From Oscillospiraceae bacterium (GTDB lineage Bacteria > Bacillota > Clostridia > Saccharofermentanales > Saccharofermentanaceae), in contig CADCQX010000417.1 of the NCBI GenBank assembly GCA_902803695.1, positions 1 to 40,931 of the forward strand: a stretch of 40,931 nucleotides of DNA, given 5' to 3'. Shown here piece by piece: positions 27,463-35,723 of the stretch (the stretch's first letter is position 1; each line of letters starts with the position of its first letter). Below the pieces are notes generated by a model that worked only from the letters and a program-made list of their open reading frames with translations, was not told where the DNA came from and made no database searches. The translations under genes were made by a program, and so were the position numbers.

Positions 27463-27511
27463 GCCATCTGCTAAAATATTGAAGACTAATTTACAAGGGA
27501 AGTAATATAAA

Positions 27512-28459
27512 ATGTCAGAGAAACAACAACAAAGAGGAGAGGTTCTGCTTAAGAGATCCGAGCTCAACAAACAGAAGAAGCGTCTCCACAGAAGAAGAAA
27601 GATCCTTGACTGGGGAGTATTTACGGGCTACTTGCTCCCGAGCCTTCTTGGAGTATTCCTTTTCTTCTTCATGCCGCTTTTGATGCTCCTCAAGACCTCG
27701 TTCCAGAAATCATCCACAAATACTGATTTCGTGGGATTCACAAACTACACCAGAGTTATTACAAACGGTGCTTTCAAGGATGCATCCATAAATACTCTTA
27801 CTTTTGCATTGATAGCGGTTCCGCTTGCAATCGTATTGGCGCTTTTGATCGCCCTTCTTTTGAACAGCGGTATGCCTGGCAAGAGTATTTTTAGAAGTAT
27901 CCTTTTGAACCCTATGATGGTTCCGGTTGCATCCATCGTTTTGATCTGGCAGGTTTTCTTCAGCTACAACGGTGTTATCAACGGTTGGCTCGGAAACCTT
28001 TTCGGACTGGACAAGATAGACTGGCTCAAATCATCATATGCGCAGATAGTTATCCTTATCATGTTCATCTGGAAGAACCTCGGCTACAACATGGTATTGT
28101 TCCTTGCGGCTCTTAATAATATTCCTACTGAAGTTATCGAGTCCGCGAAAATGGATGGTGCAGGTCCGGTCAAGAGATTCTTCGCAATCAAGATGCACTA
28201 CTTAAGCTCAACGATCTTCTTCGTAGGAATCATGTCGCTCATCAATTCCTTCAAGATCTTCCGTGAGGTTTACCTCCTGACGGGTGACTACCCGTTCGAT
28301 ACACTTTACATGCTCCAGCATTACATGAACAACGCGTTCAGACATCTGGATTACTCCAGACTTTCTTCCGGAGCGATCATCATGTGTATCGTAATGATCA
28401 TTATCGTCGGCTTCCTCTTCTTTGCAGAGGCTAAGTTCGGCGGAGACATCGAGGAGTAA
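27512..28459 (+). CDS. Carbohydrate-type ABC permease (MalF/UgpA-like)
   Basis: 'FVGFTNY', 'WKNLGYNMVLFLAAL', EAA loop 'ESAKMDGA' and 'INSFKIF'. Confidence 0.9.
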   Translation: MSEKQQQRGEVLLKRSELNKQKKRLHRRRKILDWGVFTGYLLPSLLGVFLFFFMPLLMLLKTSFQKSSTNTDFVGFTNYTRVITNGAFKDASINTLTFALIAVPLAIVLALLIALLLNSGMPGKSIFRSILLNPMMVPVASIVLIWQVFFSYNGVINGWLGNLFGLDKIDWLKSSYAQIVILIMFIWKNLGYNMVLFLAALNNIPTEVIESAKMDGAGPVKRFFAIKMHYLSSTIFFVGIMSLINSFKIFREVYLLTGDYPFDTLYMLQHYMNNAFRHLDYSRLSSGAIIMCIVMIIIVGFLFFAEAKFGGDIEE

Positions 28460-28462
28460 GCC

Positions 28463-29536
28463 ATGGCAACATACAGAAACGAAGAATTAGTACGTAAACA
28501 AAGAAAACTTGCGGCTACCCAGGCAAGACGTAAGGTCTACACCCAGGTCGAAAAGCCGGTCAGCAAGTTTGATCATATGTCGCCTGATGAAAGAGAGGCT
28601 TTCTTCGCCAAAGAGCGTAAAAGGGCAGGAAAGGTTCTCAAGAGAAGGAACGGCTTCATCAAGGCAGCCATGGGACTCGGCATCGCGGTCGCAATCCTCG
28701 CATCGGTCATGGCACTCGTTCCGATCTTTTATACATTTATCAACTCGTTCATGTCTTCAGCGGAGATCCAGGACAACTACGGAGTTATCTTCCAGAGTTT
28801 GTCGGGTCACGCGGGAGATAAGGGAGCCACTTATCTTGATAAGACGCCGGTGCTCCGAATGGTCCCTGAGAGGGTTACGCTCGAGCAGTACAAGACACTC
28901 CTGTTCATGAGCCCTGCATACCTCCTCAAGTTCTGGAACTCCGTCATCATGGTAGTTCCGATCGTTCTGGGTCAGCTCGTCGTGGCATCTCTTGCATCAT
29001 ATAGTTTTGCCCGTTATCGAAAAAGAAGGCGAGAGATCCTGTTCTTCTCCTACGTCATCCTGATGTTGATGCCTTTCCAGGTAACGTTGGTTCCGAACTA
29101 CATGATCGCGGATAAGCTCCACCTGATAGATTCGTTCTGGTCGATCATACTGCCTGGTATCTTCTCGACGTTCAGCTGCTTCCTTCTTACGAAGTACATG
29201 AGACAGATACCGTCCTCCTACATCGAAGCTGCTAAGCTTGACGGAGCGACCGAGTGGCAGATCTTCACCAAGATCGCACTTCCTACTTGTAAGAGCGCTA
29301 TATTCGCTCTGGCAATATTGCTGTTCATCGACTATTGGAACATGGTTGAGCAGCCGTTGGTACTTCTTACCGACGAACAGAAACAACCGTTATCGGTCTT
29401 CCTGTCGCAGATAAACGAAGCTGAGATAGGAATAGCATTTGCGGCCTCCGCACTTTACATGATACCGGCACTCCTTATATTCCTTTGGGGTGAAGAGTAT
29501 CTCGTCGAAGGTATTTCGCATTCGGGAATTAAGTAA
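28463..29536 (+). CDS. Carbohydrate-type ABC permease (MalG/UgpE-like)
   Basis: 'FWNSV', 'LMPFQVTLVPNY', 'EAAKLDGA' and 'FIDYWN'. Confidence 0.9.
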   Translation: MATYRNEELVRKQRKLAATQARRKVYTQVEKPVSKFDHMSPDEREAFFAKERKRAGKVLKRRNGFIKAAMGLGIAVAILASVMALVPIFYTFINSFMSSAEIQDNYGVIFQSLSGHAGDKGATYLDKTPVLRMVPERVTLEQYKTLLFMSPAYLLKFWNSVIMVVPIVLGQLVVASLASYSFARYRKRRREILFFSYVILMLMPFQVTLVPNYMIADKLHLIDSFWSIILPGIFSTFSCFLLTKYMRQIPSSYIEAAKLDGATEWQIFTKIALPTCKSAIFALAILLFIDYWNMVEQPLVLLTDEQKQPLSVFLSQINEAEIGIAFAASALYMIPALLIFLWGEEYLVEGISHSGIK

Positions 29537-29577
29537 AAAAATGACAAAGATATATAAGATACAATTGGAGGCGTAAT

Positions 29578-31359
29578 ATGGCTGATAAGAAGAAAACTAG
29601 AAGATGGGTTATAAGAGCGATCGTTACATTTTTGGCGGTCATGCTCCTTCTGACATTTTTCTCGAATACTATTATGAATGCAACGATCCCGAAGGTCGTA
29701 GCAGAATATGCACAGTGGGGCAACCTCTCCTTCACGAATTCCGCGAAGGGAACAACGGTATGCTCCAACCAGACTGACTTTAAGGCTCCTAAGTCTCTCG
29801 AAGGACGTAAGATCAAGGAGATCTCGGCATCAGACTACGAAAACGTAGCTGAGGGTCAGGCTGTTATCACTCTTTATGAAGTTGAAGATACTTCTACTTA
29901 TGACACAACCGTAGAGGAATACGAGGACCTTAAGAAGTCCATTTACTACGATTCAAAGACACCGACAACTGACTCAACAAAGTCCTTTAAGGATACCGTT
30001 GATACAGCTAAGGAAACAGTAGAATCTGCTAACAAGAGCTACGCAGAGTCCAAGGAAAAGGATTCCACGATCGCTAATGCCCAGAGCTCACTCGAGAGCA
30101 AACAGGCAGAACTTACGGCAGTAGAAGCAGAGATCGAGGCTGCTTCCGCTACAGTAGAGGAATATGAGACAACAGTAGCATCCCTCAAGAGCCAGCTCGA
30201 GAGAGTAGAAAAGAAGATTGAGGAAGTAAAGAACGCTCCTACAGCTACACCTACAGCTGAGCCTACAGCAACTCCTACATCCGATCCTTCTGATCCGTCA
30301 GATCCTACTACTTCATCGGACCCTACAACACAGACAGATCCTACAACTACAGAACCTACAACAACAGAGCCTTCACTTCCTAACACACTTGATGAGCTCG
30401 AGGCTCAGAAGGAAGACCTCGAAGGACAGATCGCTGACGCAGAGGCAGTACTCGAGGATGCAAAGAGCAGACTTTCTTCCAATTCCGAGAAGAAGGCCGA
30501 ACTCAATAGTGACATCTCTGATCTTCAGAGCACCATCACTTCCGCAAGCCAGCTTCTGGATGAGGACGATGCAAAGAACGCTCTCGATAAGGCAAACAAG
30601 AGCTACTCAGATGCTCAGAAGGACCTTTCCGATGCACAGGTAAATGCAGGCATCAATGAAGAGAAGGCAGCTGATGCAAAGGCTAAGAATGACAAGAAGC
30701 TTAAGGATTACGAAGATAAGATCAAGGAGATGGAAGAGAGCATCAACACTATTGACATCAAGTCTCCTAAGACAGGTGTTATGACTAACATCCGTGTTAA
30801 TCAGGATGATGTTATCCACGAAGGTGACGTACTGTTCTCAGTAATGCCTGACTGGGAGGATATCGAATGTACAGTTGAGTTCAATTTCTCAACAGATCAA
30901 GCTCAGTCCTTCTATAACGGAATGGAGTTGGAGTGTGATACACACGGAATCGACAAGGTTGTCGTTATCTCCATTAAGCCTGACAAGACTTCCCCTAGAG
31001 ACAGAAGAGTAGTTAAGTGCCAGGTTCAGGCTGAGACTCTCTATCCGGGTGAGGAGATCACCGTAATCGCAGGCCAGTCCAACAAGAACTATGATAATGT
31101 CGTTCCAAGCAGCGCAGTTATTACAGATAACTCAGGTGACTTTGTATATGCGCTCATCGAGAAGTCCACTCCTCTCGGAACAAAGTACACTGTAAAGAAG
31201 ATCGAAGTTGACATCGAGGCTACAGACGGAGCAAGAACAGCCATCAAGGCTAAGGGCGACGGAAAGCTCGATTCCAAGTATCAGTACATTACACGAAGCG
31301 AAGAACCTCTTAAGGACGGTGACCGCGTAAGACTTCAGGATTACAGCAAGAAGGAGTGA
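29578..31359 (+). CDS. Membrane-fusion (HlyD/MacA-like adaptor) protein with very long coiled coil
   Basis: N-terminal TM 'FLAVMLLLTFFSNTIMN'; lipoyl-like halves ('V.EGQAV..L' and 'IKSPKTGV...V...D.I.EGDVLF'); 'VVPSSAV.....FVY' and 'LKDGDRVR'. Confidence 0.8.
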   Translation: MADKKKTRRWVIRAIVTFLAVMLLLTFFSNTIMNATIPKVVAEYAQWGNLSFTNSAKGTTVCSNQTDFKAPKSLEGRKIKEISASDYENVAEGQAVITLYEVEDTSTYDTTVEEYEDLKKSIYYDSKTPTTDSTKSFKDTVDTAKETVESANKSYAESKEKDSTIANAQSSLESKQAELTAVEAEIEAASATVEEYETTVASLKSQLERVEKKIEEVKNAPTATPTAEPTATPTSDPSDPSDPTTSSDPTTQTDPTTTEPTTTEPSLPNTLDELEAQKEDLEGQIADAEAVLEDAKSRLSSNSEKKAELNSDISDLQSTITSASQLLDEDDAKNALDKANKSYSDAQKDLSDAQVNAGINEEKAADAKAKNDKKLKDYEDKIKEMEESINTIDIKSPKTGVMTNIRVNQDDVIHEGDVLFSVMPDWEDIECTVEFNFSTDQAQSFYNGMELECDTHGIDKVVVISIKPDKTSPRDRRVVKCQVQAETLYPGEEITVIAGQSNKNYDNVVPSSAVITDNSGDFVYALIEKSTPLGTKYTVKKIEVDIEATDGARTAIKAKGDGKLDSKYQYITRSEEPLKDGDRVRLQDYSKKE

Positions 31360-31365
31360 CGCCTG

Positions 31366-32637
31366 ATGGGTATTATCAATTGGATCAAGGATTACTGGCG
31401 CGACATCAGAAAGTCCACCGGTAAGACCTTCAAAAATGTTGTCCTGACGGCGCATTTCTGGGTCATCCTCGTAGCATTGGGACTAATAATCTCCATGTCT
31501 GTAATGATATTCGGAACGCTGAATGCCAGAAAAGACCAGAACATGGCCGAGTACTGGCAGAACGGCGGCAAGACCGAGTACCGTCAGATGAGTGTTTTCG
31601 CGAAGGGAAACAGGACTGATCTTTATGCTCCTATCGTTTCTCTCGGAGAGAACCAGTCAATTACGAAGGAAGACATCGTAAAGGTTCGTAAGGAACTTCA
31701 GGGTACGGTCGATTCAGGAAAGACGATCAAGAAAAAGAAGTCATCTTCGGAAGTAAAACCGACTGGCTGGAATGATTGTTATTCCACGACTTTCAAGGCA
31801 AACGGAAGTTACACAAAGTGGATGGAGATCAACGGAAGCAACAGAGCGGCTACAAAGAATTTTGAAGCTGAGGTTGTTGCAGTAGGAGGAGACTTCCAGT
31901 CCTTCCATCCGTTCGAATATATGGACGGCGGATTCCTTCCGCTCGACGAATATGATCCTAACCAGATCGTCATCAACGACGAGCTTGCTTGGACACTCTT
32001 TAAGTCATATTCAGTATCAGGTCAGAAGATCCAGATGTTTGGCGAAGATATGACCATTGTCGGTGTAGTCCGCGAGAAGAAGACCAAGATCGACAGGATC
32101 ACGGGATCAGAGACCCTTAGGGTATTCTGTTACTTCAGCAAGATCGACGATATGTCGAGAAACGGATTTTTCTCCGCTGATACGGGATCAGACGATGAGA
32201 ACACCAACCCTTCAGGACCTGCAATCGCCATCTCATGTTACGAGGCTATGCTTCCTGAAGCAGTCCGCGGTGTAGCAAGAACAGATATTATCAACGCGTT
32301 GCCTTCGTATAACATGAACGACCCTCAGTATCTTGTTGTCAGCAACACGGGCCGCTTCAGAGTGGACAAGATATATGACCATAATATGCCTATAGGTGAA
32401 TTCGAAAACAAGACCTCCGGATACGAGTTCCCATATTGGGAGAAGGCATCCATTCTCGCCACACAGAGGCTGTTCCTTATGGAGGCAGCATTGCTGATCG
32501 GCGGTATCCTTCTGATCATCGGTATCATTATCATGATCCTGAGACTCAGAAAACCGGGAGGAAAATTCGACCAGGTCGAAGAGGAACCGGATGAGGACGA
32601 GATCCCTAATGAAGTCGCCATTGAAATGACTCGATAA
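31366..32637 (+). CDS. Two-TM protein with MacB-like periplasmic core domain (no FtsX domain, no ATPase)
   Basis: 'VVAVGGDF..FHPF..MDGGFL......NQIVINDELAWTLF....VSGQKI......TIVGVV', 'NTGRF' and 'PYWE'; one TM at each end. Confidence 0.75.
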   Translation: MGIINWIKDYWRDIRKSTGKTFKNVVLTAHFWVILVALGLIISMSVMIFGTLNARKDQNMAEYWQNGGKTEYRQMSVFAKGNRTDLYAPIVSLGENQSITKEDIVKVRKELQGTVDSGKTIKKKKSSSEVKPTGWNDCYSTTFKANGSYTKWMEINGSNRAATKNFEAEVVAVGGDFQSFHPFEYMDGGFLPLDEYDPNQIVINDELAWTLFKSYSVSGQKIQMFGEDMTIVGVVREKKTKIDRITGSETLRVFCYFSKIDDMSRNGFFSADTGSDDENTNPSGPAIAISCYEAMLPEAVRGVARTDIINALPSYNMNDPQYLVVSNTGRFRVDKIYDHNMPIGEFENKTSGYEFPYWEKASILATQRLFLMEAALLIGGILLIIGIIIMILRLRKPGGKFDQVEEEPDEDEIPNEVAIEMTR

Positions 32638-32654
32638 TGAAATATTAGTTACAT

Positions 32655-32695
32655 AAGCGGGAAGTATAATCATAGTGATTACTTCCCGCTTTTTT
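32655..32695 (+). terminator. Intrinsic terminator closing the hybrid operon
   Basis: AAGCGGGAAG(ta)TAATCA-tag-TGATTA CTTCCCGCTT followed by a T-run. Confidence 0.75.
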
Positions 32696-32729
32696 GCGGC
32701 GTTTTTTAGGGGAATGTCGGAGGTGTCTT

Positions 32730-33680
32730 ATGAAAAACAGAACTAGAGCAGCGATCGTTGTTATGGTATCAACACTTATCCTTGTATCATGTGCGGTTGA
32801 TAAGGAGGGACTTTCCAGAGACACCAAAAAACTTGCCGATATTGTGTCGGGTAACGATGCCGAAGAAGAGGTATATGAAGTTGAAGAACCAACTGATGCA
32901 ATCATAACGGAGACAACCATCGAGGAGACAGAGGCTCCTGAGGTCATAGAGGAGACCACACCGTCGCCTACACCGATCCCAACGGCAACACCTACTCCTT
33001 CGCCGACTCCTACACCGGAAGTTGAGCCTGTTTCCAGAGTTGATTTTTCGGAACTTATCGATAACGAGATAATCGAAGGCTTCACTGTTGAAGAAGAGGA
33101 GTTCAGGGAGAACTACGGACTCGAGGATAACGAATTTGTTGTTTTCGAAGGAAAAAGACTTCTGATATCAATGGATAATAATGATGTTCCTGCAAATTCA
33201 GTCAACCTTATCCTGAACGGATTTTATAAAGAGGCTGAGGGCATCTACGGAAGATATTGCGACGAAGCTCAGGCCGAGTACGATCTTACAAAGGAGATCC
33301 TCTACCAGGGCTACGTAAAGGTTAATTACGAATACAAGTACAATGACAGACTCATCGCCGTCAGGATGAACTATGAGGCATCCATGAGCGAGGAGGAGAA
33401 GGACATCAAGAACGAGCTCGAGATGTTCGACATGTACACGGCTTCAAGAGTCACGCTCTTCGACATCACGGGCAATCCTGACGCTCTCATCGAGCTGATG
33501 CTCCAGGAGTTTGACGAAGATGTTCCAAAAGAATATGATGTTATCATGCTCGCGCCTGATTCGGATGAAGAACTCATGATTTGGATGGTCTCCGATGGTA
33601 ATTTCTACAGGGAGCATATAGCTATCGAAGATGTTACGCCGTACCTTAACAGATACGGACTGTCCGTTTTCGGAGGCTGA
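32730..33680 (+). CDS. Acidic lipoprotein with Glu/Thr/Pro linker; C-terminal domain weakly PdaC/RsiV (DUF3298/DUF4163)-like
   Basis: GGAGGT precedes ATG 32730; lipobox 'LVSC'; PT repeat; 'MFDMYTASRVTLFDI' resembles the FD..TG..L.L.D motif. Confidence 0.6.
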   Translation: MKNRTRAAIVVMVSTLILVSCAVDKEGLSRDTKKLADIVSGNDAEEEVYEVEEPTDAIITETTIEETEAPEVIEETTPSPTPIPTATPTPSPTPTPEVEPVSRVDFSELIDNEIIEGFTVEEEEFRENYGLEDNEFVVFEGKRLLISMDNNDVPANSVNLILNGFYKEAEGIYGRYCDEAQAEYDLTKEILYQGYVKVNYEYKYNDRLIAVRMNYEASMSEEEKDIKNELEMFDMYTASRVTLFDITGNPDALIELMLQEFDEDVPKEYDVIMLAPDSDEELMIWMVSDGNFYREHIAIEDVTPYLNRYGLSVFGG

Positions 33681-33694
33681 TAACGGAGGAATTA

Positions 33695-34483
33695 ATGAAA
33701 TTAAAGATATTGGCATCTGTAGTTGCGGCAACATTTATTCTCGCTTCATGCAGCTACACATCAACAAAGGAAACGGTTGCTCCTTCAGGAAGTGACCAGG
33801 GCACGGGTGTAACAGCATCAAGCGATGCCACGGGTTCCTCGGAAGGAACAAAGACCACATATGCCACAAGAGACGGCGCATCAGATAACCTCACGTTCAT
33901 GGATCTCGTTGAGTATATGAAGAAGAGTGATGCGATCCAGACCTGGTTCGCGGAAACGAGTTCATTTGACGGATTTGAAGGTGAGTGCTGGTATGATATC
34001 CCGGAACTCCAGAAGATCTGCGATGCTGAGATCTCAGGCGATGACAGGATCAAGAATTATACGGCTTTCCACATCTACTACAGTTCAACAGATCAAATAG
34101 TGGATGAAGTTACTTACGTTGAGATCTTTGAACTTGATAAGGAATCCACATTCTACAGTTACGTTCAGCAGAACGGCGCTATCGAATTTGATATGAAGGT
34201 ACCTTACCGTGATTACGACGGATTCGACAGTGAGAAATATCTTGCCGAGTATCATAATATGACCACAGCCGAGAGACTTCTCTATTCTTATGATGCAAAC
34301 GGCAATCCTGTAATGAATCCTGATTCCATAAGTGTTAACCTTCCGATCCACGGACTTAACGGAAGATTCGTTATCGTTATTCACAGCGGTATCGACCCTG
34401 AAGGTCAGGTTGTCGAGACGTTCTCTGCTGATAACGAGAGAGGCCAGGCTATCGTTGACGCCTTCATGTCTTTCGGAGGCTGA
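33695..34483 (+). CDS. Lipoprotein of unknown function (paralog of 34582-35403)
   Basis: GGAGG RBS; lipobox 'LASC'; Ser/Thr tether. Confidence 0.8.
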   Translation: MKLKILASVVAATFILASCSYTSTKETVAPSGSDQGTGVTASSDATGSSEGTKTTYATRDGASDNLTFMDLVEYMKKSDAIQTWFAETSSFDGFEGECWYDIPELQKICDAEISGDDRIKNYTAFHIYYSSTDQIVDEVTYVEIFELDKESTFYSYVQQNGAIEFDMKVPYRDYDGFDSEKYLAEYHNMTTAERLLYSYDANGNPVMNPDSISVNLPIHGLNGRFVIVIHSGIDPEGQVVETFSADNERGQAIVDAFMSFGG

Positions 34484-34544
34484 TCCTTATCCATATTCAC
34501 CAACTTGACCCGCGAAACTGCGCCAAATTCGGTAAATGTCAAAT

Positions 34545-34573
34545 TTGCATAAACTTTTGGCGGAGGGTAAAAT
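34545..34573 (+). promoter_or_regulatory. Sigma-A promoter TTGCAT-N17-TAAAAT
   Basis: -35 at 34545-50, -10 at 34568-73; ATG follows 8 nt later. Confidence 0.55.
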
Positions 34574-34581
34574 GTACCCGT

Positions 34582-35403
34582 ATGGTAAATAGAAGTGGTG
34601 TAAAAGTGGCGGCATCTCTCATGATACTGTCCGTTATATTTTCGGTTTCTTGTAAATCTGAAACAGAGACTACCGATCCGACGGGATCAAATGAGGGCCT
34701 CTTTGATCGTTCTGCCCAAATTCAATTCCAAGTGCTCGAAAACCTTGTCGCAGAACAGGTCGTTACAGAGACCGAGACAGAGCCGGAGATTACCTGTGAT
34801 GCTACGGGAATGCTTTTCGAAGAGGTCGTAGCATATATGGACGGGAGCGAAGTGGTAAAGAACTGGTTTGACAATACCAACAGGCTTACTGCTTTTAACG
34901 GTGAATGCTGGTATTACGACGAGGAACTCCAGGCCGAACTCAATGCCGAAGTTTCCGAAGATCCCAATATACTCAATTACACAAGCTTCAGGGTCTATTC
35001 CGAAGATATCACGGAATCGATGTCCATCGTAACCAGATTCGATATCTACGAACTTGATAAGGAATCAGATGCATATCAGAACGCCGTTAAGACAGGCGAA
35101 CTTACATATACATATAAGTCTCAGGTAAGAGATCTCTCGAACGTTGACTGGAAAGCATTCCAGGAGGAACTTCCGAACATGAAGACCTCAGAGAGACTGT
35201 TCTTCACATACGATGAAGAAACAGGTGAACTTCTCATGAATGAACCTGAGTTGAAGACCATCAAGATCGACAGTGTAAACGGACCTTTTATCATAGTCGT
35301 AACAAGTGGTCTCATAACCGATACGGGATTCTATGAAAAGGACAATTCCGAGAGCCAGACGGCCCAAAAAATAATAGAAACTTTTAATTCCATGAGCTAT
35401 TAA
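34582..35403 (+). CDS. Lipoprotein of unknown function (paralog of 33695-34483)
   Basis: Lipobox-like 'SVSC'; shared motifs GECWY, NYT.F..Y, ELDKES, NM.T.ERL and NG.F.IV. Confidence 0.8.
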   Translation: MVNRSGVKVAASLMILSVIFSVSCKSETETTDPTGSNEGLFDRSAQIQFQVLENLVAEQVVTETETEPEITCDATGMLFEEVVAYMDGSEVVKNWFDNTNRLTAFNGECWYYDEELQAELNAEVSEDPNILNYTSFRVYSEDITESMSIVTRFDIYELDKESDAYQNAVKTGELTYTYKSQVRDLSNVDWKAFQEELPNMKTSERLFFTYDEETGELLMNEPELKTIKIDSVNGPFIIVVTSGLITDTGFYEKDNSESQTAQKIIETFNSMSY

Positions 35404-35559
35404 TCTTACATTTTTGCTTTTTCAGTTTTTTGTGCAAAATCGAAAAACGATTCGCTTAAAACAGGGCAAAACAGGGCTTTTAATATCGTTTTTTTGTGAA
35501 ATTTGTACGAATTGTACAAAGCGAAACATTTTGCGGCATACGAAACGCACAAAAAAATG

Positions 35560-35588
35560 TTGCAAGTTACCCATAATTGTTGTAAACT
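35560..35588 (+). promoter_or_regulatory. Sigma-A promoter TTGCAA-N17-TAAACT of the sugar ABC operon
   Basis: -35 at 35560-65, -10 at 35583-88. Confidence 0.6.
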
Positions 35589-35723
35589 TCGCTTGTAAGA
35601 ATCCGTGTTTTGGGGATATTGCGCCCCCAGGCAGACGGATCACGTTGTCAGTCGGACAGCGTAAGCGGATTTAGGTCCCAAATGGGCAAACAATAAACCT
35701 TAATTTATGAGGAGGCAAAAACA

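Noticed and set aside
32665-32670. TATAAT inside the terminator hairpin as promoter for 32730
   Set aside because: No -35 or TG extension; cannot be supported from sequence alone.
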